From Octopus vulgaris (lineage: Eukaryota): 64,000 bases of DNA. The stretch is taken from assembly GCA_951406725.2 (NCBI GenBank), contig OX597827.1, positions 38,378,001 to 38,442,000 of the forward strand, written 5' to 3'. Under the pieces are notes generated by a model. It searched no databases. It was not told where the DNA came from and saw only the letters and a list, made by a program, of their open reading frames with translations. This document shows, piece after piece, positions 55,125 through 64,000 of this stretch. A program made the position numbers and the translations under genes. How positions within the stretch are numbered: position 1 is the stretch's first letter; every line of letters starts with the position of its first letter.

Positions 55125-56599
55125 TACAAGAATGGTTGTGTGGTTTGCAAGTTTGTTTGGAACCAATGGGTTTAGGATTTGTTTCCACTGCAAGGACACT
55201 TGGCTGGTGTTTTCTATAGCTGCAACTTGACCAATATCTTGCACGGGGAATTTAGTAAACTGTAACTAAAACCCATCGTATGTGCATGAGTGAATGAGTT
55301 TGCATTAGTGTATTCTTTGTTGTCCTGATATGAGTGTGTTAATTGTAAACAAATGTCACTGTTGTATCAACAACGTCATTTATTTGCAATCCTGTGCAAA
55401 AACATTTCTGGCCATTAAGCTGTTCATTGTCAAGATATTTGAGGGGAAATATTACCATATGCTGCAAACAGGTGAGGAATGACAACAGGAGGAACATCCA
55501 GCTGTAGAACAGTCTTGTCCAAATTAAGTTTTGTCCAGTTCATGTAAGCATGGAAAAGTGGACATTAGAACCATGAGGATGGTGACTGTTGTAATGATGA
55601 TATATTTGTGTGTACTGTAGTTGCCTCAAGATTACTTAACTCTTTAGTGTTTAAACTGGCTGTATTTAGCCCAAATATTTTATCCGTTTTATGCTCAAAC
55701 TGGCTAGAACCAGCATCTCACAACTACCCTGCTGTGTCATTCTCGAAATAAATAATTACATCTTTCAAATCTTGAAGCTACAAGATAATACCAGATTAAT
55801 TTTTTTAAATGTTAATAAATAAGGATCACTTTTGACTAAGTAACCTGAACATTAAAGGGTTAAGGACTCATGTCTATAGAATGCCCAGTTATTAAACACA
55901 ATGAGTACATAGAGGTATTGATCTACATACCCAGGTAGCTGGAATATTTGTTCGTTAAAAATATGTGTGACCAACTATGCCAACAACATATGTACTGCAA
56001 GTTAAAGAGTGTATAAGTAATCTTAATCCCAGCTAACAAGGATTTAGGTTTTTCTTAACATGTGGTGGCTGCTGGGGGGATGGGGGGGGGATTAGCAAAA
56101 AGTGAAGACTATTTCTGAAATGGACAAATAAATTTTTCTGTCCTGTTGGAGTCAGTGAAGCTTTATCTCTTTAGCATTTAAATCAACCCATGCATTCCAC
56201 CTGTTTCATGTTCAGTCTAGACAAGATCTGACCTCTCACACCTACCCTACAGTGTCTTTCCAAAATAAACAATCACATCATTGAAATCTTGGAGTTACAA
56301 AAATTTGACAGAATAATCTGAATGCTAAAAGGTTAATGACACAGTATCTTAACAAAAATCATCATTAACATTTAACATCCGTTTTACCATGCTGGCATGG
56401 GTTGGACAGCTTGACAGGAACTGGCAAGGCCAGGGCCCACACCAGGTGCCATAGTCTGTCTTGGCTTGGATTCTATGACTGGGTACCCTTCTTAATGCTA
56501 ACCACTCCACAAAGTGTACTGTGTGCTTTTTACATGGCACTATAAAAAATATACTAACAAAAGGGTTAAGATCCATTTCTGTAAGTTGATATGGATCAG

Positions 56600-56900
56600 A
56601 CAGGTTTGTTAATTCCTATACCACCATTCATTTCAGTTGTTTCTCATCTAATCTATGTCCCTATGCTCCTACACTAATCATCCTGAGATTTATCTTACCA
56701 TTTTGTGTGTCTTTTTTGGGTCTTTCCCTTCCACTGTCAGCACAGGACATTTTTTTTTCACCAATTGCTGATCATCCATCCGCATCACATATCCTACCAG
56801 CAGAGCTACTATGTCTTATATAAATTACCTGGTGTCTTAATGCCAAGCTATTCTCTCAGTCCACTCGCATGTAGGTTAACTGTATACATCATAATAAAGA
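56600..56900 (-). mobile_element. Highly decayed RTE LINE fragment
   Basis: Minus strand shows ...GYVMRMDD and GRERPKKT-like motifs. Confidence 0.5.
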
Positions 56901-58892
56901 AACTAAGGTTTGCAACAGTTCCATGATGTGGTAGGCTAGTGGCCTATGAAAGGTAGATTGCTCATGTTCTATCTCTGGCACTGCGTGATCCAAGATGCTT
57001 TACCACCAACTGTCTCACTGCCTCAGTGTATTACTGTCAGCAGTGGGAGCATTATAATTGACAAGTGTTCTTTTGTTAGTTTACTGTGCTGTTGAGTTCA
57101 AGTCACCTAAAAGTCCTGAGAGAACGAAGCGTGGTAAGACGGGTAATTCCAGCATAACCTACCTTGTATTATCACTGTCATCACCATCATTATCATCATC
57201 ATCATCATCATTATCAACATCACCATCACTACATGATGACTAAGTTTACACTGGTGTTCCAACTCATCAAGTGAATTACAGGACTATCTAAATGTGAAAA
57301 CAAAAAGGTATTTGTCTATTCCTGATATTGCTTAAAATAAAATCCTCAATTCCTGCAATCTATTTTTAGGCGTTTGATTGCAGGGTAAGGTGACCCCTCT
57401 TTCTAGCCCTCCTTCCCGAAAGACACTTATCCATCTGCTGAAACATTTTAATATTACATCACCCTTATCATGTTTGTTGTTGTTGTTTTTGTTATTGTTG
57501 TTGTTTTTATTGTGCCTCTTCCTCCCTTCAATGCATGCTGTGAATAAATGTTTAATAGTAAATTGTAATTTTTGCTTTTGAACCTATGCAGTGCTCCAGC
57601 ATGGCCATAACCGTGAATAGCTTACACAGCAGACGAACAAACCAAAGAACTCAAACTCAGGTCATTAAACCCAACTGCCAACTGGCAGCCTCTTGGCAGA
57701 ATTGTTAAGAGTTGGCTAGAATACCTCTTAGATTTTGTTCCGACTCTCATTGCTCCAAGTTCCAATCTTACTGAGACCAAATTTGCCTTTCATTCTTGGG
57801 AGGGTAGGTGTGAATAAAAAGGAACATAGCAATCCAGGACGGTGGATTGGTGGGGTTGTTACAAGGCCACAGGGGCGGGCATGACTTGCCATTGCATTCT
57901 GACAGCAATGCACACGATGACACTGGTGCCAAGCTGGATCATCCCAAATTGGCAGCCTTTCCCTTGGATAGATCAGCTTCAAGAGTTTTGGTAGGGATTT
58001 GCATGTGTGAACAATTGCTAGCCTTCCTCCAAATTACCCTTGCCCAGATCTGTGCATGCTTGTGCAGATGCGCAGTCGACTTTGACTAACAGAGGTCTTA
58101 TAACTATAAGTTATCAACCTTCAAAGTGATTGAACAGCCAGTCCCAACCAGTATGAGTTATACAATTCACCCTTTCAATTGCTGAATACAAAACATGGCA
58201 TTCACCCTTGAATAACCAATCCATTATGAAGTGACCCATTTGCAGCTGAGTGGACTGGAGCAACATGAAATGAAGTGTTTTTGCTCAAGAACACAATATA
58301 TAACTGGTTTGAGAATTGAAACCGCAATCTCGCAATCATGAGCGCAACACTCTAAACGCTAGGCCACGTTCCTTTACAAGTTGTGTTCACTAAGAAACTG
58401 GCTGGAAAGTCTTACTCTCTCTCCCTCCCTCTCTCTCTCTCCTCCTCCACTTCTCTCTAACAATCTTTAAAACTTGCAACAGCCTCCACACTTGAACCCA
58501 GCCCCATGGGTTAATCCATTACCATTTAAACTGGCTTTATCCGGCCCAATATACTACCTGTTTTATGCTCAAATCAGCTAGAACTGGCCTCTTACACCTG
58601 CCCTACAATGTGATTCTAAAGAAACAAACAATCACATCATCGCAATCTCAAAGCCTTGAGATAATGCACAATTAATTTGTGGTAATGTGAATAAATAACT
58701 ATTGAATTTGACAGAGCAAAGGGGTTAAATTAACATAAGGGGTAGAAAACGAACCAAAGTAAGGAATGCAACACTACTGCTGCAGCCTGCTGGCACTGCC
58801 CAAAACTCCCATTCACATGACATGCGACACGACATGACCACAACACGACGACTCTAGAATGAATGACACTGTGTTCTTATACTGTTTTCCAG

Positions 58893-59012
58893 CTCCCAGC
58901 AGACTAGTGAAAGATGAATACGGCCACGACAGCCAGCTCAATGGCAGCGGGGCCGGGGAAGGCTCACAAACTGTACAACACCCACCTCAGGACAATTTTG
59001 GCCTCATGCCAG
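58893..59012 (+). CDS. SMAD4: SMAD4 coding exon 4, linker
   Basis: Acceptor ttttccAG|CT; (A)PSRLVKDEYGHDSQLNGSGAGEGSQTVQHPPQDNFGLMP versus human APSSMMVKDEYVHD...IQTIQHPP; donor CAG|GTGGGT; 120 nt, phase 1/1. Confidence 0.9.
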
Positions 59013-60040
59013 GTGGGTGGCTTTCTTTTTTTTTTTTTAACCTTTTTCCTTTTTTATTTTTTATTTTATTTTATTCTTCATTTGCACTTTTCCAAATAGG
59101 TTTTAGAATTTTGTTGTCATAATTGTTATCATTGTTTCTGTCGCTGTTGTTACTTGTTATACCTTATGCTGTTGTTTTGTTGTTGTTGTTGTTGTTGTTG
59201 CCACTAGTTCTTTGTTTTTTTTTGTTTTGTTGTTTTTTTTTTTGCCATGATCAAAGTAGCTGTTTTCGCTTTCATCTTACCCTAATATGTTGTTTGTTCT
59301 CGAGGATGACATTTGCTGTATGTTGTGTATCATTGTCGTCATCATCGTCATTGTAGTAAGTTGTTTTGCATACTGTTGTTTAATCAAATATTTGCAGTAT
59401 TGTCACATGGTGTACTCATATTGTGTGTATGTGTGTGTGTGTGTGTATGTATGTGTATATTTTTATGGTCATATTGTTGCATTCCCTGAGATCTTGGAAT
59501 GCTATGAAGCTGTATTGTCATATATCACTGCGTGATGTATGTCTTTTGTATGTACATACACACACACACACACACATGCACATATATATATACATACATA
59601 TATACACACACACTCATTTGATGGCACCATGCATATTATGTCCAACATACTATTTAATATAACCTTTCCTTCAAAAATATTCACTTCAGTTATCTAATTA
59701 CTGGATAACTAGTTTACAATATCAGTCAGTGACTTCACCATCTCTTTGCTCTCACACACACACGCACATATTATTTTAAGAAGAATGCATCTATAGAGAA
59801 TTGTAGAATTAGTCCATGATAAAAACAAAACTGCAGGGTATCAATTAACAATGACTTGATTTATATTCTCTACTGATCAATATGAATCAATAGAATATGG
59901 CAAACTATACCAACCATTAAAATTGTACATATGATATGAGACTTTGATTTCAACATCAAGAAAAATAAATGAAACAGGAAAGAAAAGATGAATCTGGTTG
60001 CAATGAAAATGGACACAGCATTCTGCAAGACTTGATCAGT

Positions 60041-60044
<4 letters not shown>

Positions 60045-60084
<40 letters not shown>

Positions 60085-60560
60085 ACTGTTCCGTGATAGA
60101 AAATTCAGTAAAAAAATACTCTGTCTGGTGAGAGATAAATATTATTTATTTAAAGGGCATAATACATGTATTTAAGTGCTACTAATAGTTTAATATGTTG
60201 AGAAATACTCAAATGTATTCTTCAGATACAAACCACATATCATAATGAACTTCAAAAATTGAATAATAAAAGAAATGCAAAAAAAAAAAAAGGGAAGGCA
60301 GCATATAGAAAACGCTGAAAGTAAAAAAAAACAAAATAAAACAAAAACAAAAAACTAAAATTTAAAAAACAAAAGTAAAGAAGTAAAAGAGCTGTCCTCC
60401 TTCGACCTTAAATAATAAGGCTGGAAAGATATCAAGTTAATCAGGAATAGACGGAATTTTCCAATTCTTCAAAATGTATTTATACATGTGCTTGCAACCA
60501 CTGAAAATTTCTGACCTAGTGTTCAGTAGAGAATTAGGGAATTTAGATCTGAGCAGGATC
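60045..60560 (-). mobile_element. Penelope-like element 3' end (ORF terminus, pLTR, (TA)n)
   Basis: Minus 60559-60437 reads ILLRSKFPNSLLNTRSEIFSGCKHMYKYILKNWKIPSIPD*, resembling the PLE LLNKRSE...CRH terminus; decayed hammerhead at 60176-60229; ends in (TA)n. Confidence 0.7.
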
Positions 60561-61414
60561 TATGTAATCACATGTGGTGTGTCATTATCTTTCAAAGTCT
60601 ATACGTAGCTAGCCACCTAAAATAATAAAGTAATTAATGACGGTTTCAAATTGTGGTACAAGGCCAGCAATTTTAAAGGAGAATTAAATTGGTTACATTA
60701 ATCCCTGTGCTCAACTAGTACTTATTTTATTGAACCCCAAAAGGATGAGAGACAACATTGATCATTAATAGTATTTGAATGTTGTAATTAATAATATTTA
60801 TTATTATGCAATCCGTGCACTCGAAGTTTCGTTGAAAGTAAATTTTTGCACAACTTTAGAGTTTTTCATACACTGACGACTAGAATAAAATGGAACATTA
60901 CCTGACAACCACTATCAACCATTCCAGTTGATAATCTGCTTTACGATCCCTCTTCTTAATAGCAATGGTCATTAATATAACATTGGTCTGAATCATTAAT
61001 TGGTCTAACTAAATGTTGATAATGGAGGAGGTGCATCTGTAAATACCAGTGCTTTTGGGGTGATAAACAGGCTGTTGCACCAGTTGTTTGTTTCGAAACG
61101 TAATGATGTAGGTACATCTATTGTTGACAATAGAGCATTGTACTGTTGCTGGCAAACACAATCTACAAACTTGTGGATTTACATTTGAGTCACTTGTATA
61201 TCATGAATATATAACACCAAAAGATACTTACCATATATCTGTTACCCTTTAGTTTTCTGGCATAATCTAGCCATATCAGAGGTTATGCTGAATGAAATGA
61301 GTGATATTAAATAATCAAATTATACAGGATGTTACATTATCCAGTTCCATGTTGTCATTTTTGTATCTACATAAATTAACGTGTCTTGAATATGTTAATG
61401 AATACTAAAGGAAT

Positions 61415-61812
61415 AGGCATGGCTGTGTGGTAAGACACTTGCTTCCCAACTACATGGGTCTGGGTTCAATCCCATTGCATGGCACCTTGGACAAGTGTCT
61501 TCTACTATAGCCTTGACCTGAGTAGATTTGGTAAACAGAAACTTCTACTATAGCCTTGTGAGTGGATTTGGTAAACAGAAACTGGACGAAGCCCATTGCA
61601 TGTATGTGTGTGTCTTTGTCCCCCACCCTCGCATGACAACTAGTGCTGGTGTGTTTATAAGCCTGTAACTTAGCAGTTCGGCAAAAGAGACTGAAAAGTA
61701 CCAGGCTCAAAAGGGAAAAATAAGTACTAGGGTTGATTCATTCAACTAAAAATTTTTCAAGGTGATGCCCCAGCATGGCCACAGTCTAATGACTGAAACA
61801 AGTTAAAGAAAA
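61415..61812 (+). mobile_element. SINE family A with internal duplication
   Basis: Family A head and tail; cttctactatagccttg...gatttggtaaacagaaact is duplicated. Confidence 0.8.
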
Positions 61813-62364
61813 GGATATATCTTAGACAAGACATACTATTCTACTTTATATGAATGCATTAATATATCTAATATGATTAGTATTATGACTTTTAAAAGAT
61901 TGAGCCCCACTCTACTCAACTCTTCATAAATGCTGAAGGGTTCACCCATAAACACAACAGTTTACTATTTTTATATTCAGCCCTCAGCACATCTAACAGT
62001 GTTGTTGTTGTGAATGCTGGAGTATTTTACTGATTCTGAGTTTTAAGCTGTATTATTCTTGTTATGTGACACAAGAAATTTGGCTGAGGATGCAATGTAG
62101 CTTAAAAAGATTCACTCCATGTCTTCGTTCATTAAAAGATGTGCCAGCATGAAATGATAGATGTAGTATATATTGCTAGCATTATCATCATAACTCTTTT
62201 TACATCTGCTTTTCTGTACCAGCATGGGTTGGATGAGACTTTTTAAGTAGTCTTTTATGGCTAGACACCTTTCAGTTGTCTCTTAATTGCATGCAAGGAG
62301 GCAGTGTATCTATCCTAAAAATCAGGGTGCACACCATGTTTCCTAAAAAACGGGAATTCACATT

Positions 62365-62403
<39 letters not shown>

Positions 62404-62529
62404 AAAAGGTGGTTTTCTTCTAATTTATTTATATATATATATGTTACATTTATATATTTTTTATTGGCTAAACTGGCAAAATGACCATTCCTAAATACAA
62501 CAATATATATATATATGTATACATTCATA

Positions 62530-62730
62530 CAGTAATTCCTTGACTATCATGGGTGTTACATTCCAAAATCTGGTGAAAATCCGCAAAGTAGAAACAGTAC
62601 TGTACTGTATATTTTTTTAATATAATTTGTATGTATTCATTTTATTATAAATGCAAAACAACACCACAGAGGAATCAAAATAAACTTAAATAATAAACCG
62701 TGATAGGTGAACCGCGATATGGTGGGTAGT
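62530..62730. mobile_element. pogo/Tigger-like MITE remnant
   Basis: ta|cagtaattccttgactatcatggg ... ccgcgatatggtggg, with the right TIR incomplete. Confidence 0.45.
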
Positions 62731-63512
62731 TTCTCATAGTCCAAGAGAGATGGTTCTGCAATTTCTTGCTGCTCAATCTGGACAAATGATTTGTTTATAG
62801 CAATCAAATCATACATTGCCTGAACAGGTGCATGGTCCGCTGCATGTCAGATGTTGAAGCGATTGCAGAGCAACATGAGTTGAAGTGTTTTGCTCAAGAA
62901 CCCAACACGCCAGGAATTGAAGCCATGATCTCACAATTGTGAGTGCCAGGCCATATGGCTTCACCATACACACACACAGACACACACACATATAGTGTGC
63001 ATATCATCATCATTTGATGTCCGTTTTCAATGCTGGCATGGGTTGGATGGTTTGACAGGTGTCAGCAAGCTGGAGAGCTGCACCAGGCTCCAGTTATCTG
63101 TTTTGGTATGGTTTCTATGGCTGGATGTCATCCTAACACCACCAACCACTTTACAGAGTGCACTGGGTGCATTTTATGTGGCACCAACACAGGTGCTTTA
63201 TACATGGCACTAGCACTAGTGCTTTTTATGTGGTACCAGCATATGCTTTTCATGTGACATCAGCACAGGCATGGCACACTTGCTTCCCAATCACATAGGT
63301 CTGGGTTCAATCCCACTACATGGCACCTTAGGCGAATGTCTTCTACTATAGCTTTGAGCTGAACAAAGCCTTGTGAGTGGATCTGGTAAACAGAAACTGA
63401 AAGATGCCCATTGTGTGTGTGTGGTGTGCGTATTAAAATCTGTCAAGTCAAGTAATTTGAATAGTACGAAGCTGTTGCAATATCACAGTGATATGGTGGT
63501 GGAGGGTCTACC

Positions 63513-63741
63513 TATTTCTTTACTACCCACAAGGGGCTAAACACAGAGAGGACAAACAAGGACAGACAAACAGATTAAGTCGATTATATCAACCCCAGTG
63601 CGTAACTGGCACTTATTTAATCGACCCCGAAAGGATGAAAGGCAAAGTCGACCTCGGCGGAATTTGAACTCAGAACGTAGCGGCAGATGAATTACTGCTA
63701 AGCATTTCACTCAGCATGCTAACGATTCTGCCAGCTCGCCG
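63513..63741 (-). mobile_element. SINE family B with 19-bp TSD
   Basis: tggtggtggagggtctacc at 63494-63512 and 63746-63764. Confidence 0.9.
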
Positions 63742-63764
63742 ATGGTGGTGGTGGAGGGTCTACC

Positions 63765-64000
63765 ACCATCCATAACTACCTCTGCTACTACTACCTTCAC
63801 AACCACTAATTCCACAACCAATCACCACAACCTCTACAACCTACACTACCACACTCAATACCACGAGCACCATAACTACCACCACCACCTCTACCTAGCA
63901 CCATCCACTACCACTACCACAACCACCACACTCACCACTACCACCATGACTACTGCAGCAACATTTAGCATGTTTGTTATTTGTGTTGTTATTGTTGTTG
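63765..64000. repeat. (CAC/ACT/GTT)n low-complexity tract
   Basis: Direct reading. Confidence 0.8.

Noticed and set aside
59013-64000. Further SMAD4 exons (rest of linker, MH2)
   Set aside because: No PEYWCSIAY/MH2 motifs seen. A poorly conserved linker exon could have been missed, but none is supportable.

Overview
AT-rich, repeat-dense animal genomic DNA. The SINE/LINE families and microsatellite load look like a coleoid cephalopod (Octopus-like); this is from recall, not a search. The only host gene I can support is the 5' half of SMAD4 (co-Smad/Medea) on the + strand, with four coding exons: 40519-40767, 48822-48996, a 30-nt NES microexon at 52908-52937, and 58893-59012. The first three match human SMAD4 coding exons in length (249/175/30 nt) and phase; the MH2 exons lie beyond the window. 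The upstream 40 kb may be 5'-UTR intron or intergenic DNA. The rest is tRNA-derived SINEs, RTE LINE fragments, piggyBac/hAT/mariner/pogo-like elements, Helitron MITEs and microsatellites. The most interesting signals are: (i) short, mutually unrelated inserts in (TA)n tracts that carry type I hammerhead ribozyme motifs, one with a canonical core (36531-36616, -), one near-canonical (19635-19686, +) and several decayed, two of them attached to Penelope-like GIY-YIG ORF ends; (ii) a 98-bp near-perfect fold-back (6073-6280); (iii) a 46-bp-period array encoding four tandem 10-codon uORFs just upstream of the SMAD4 start. Coordinates were read by eye and repeat boundaries are approximate.
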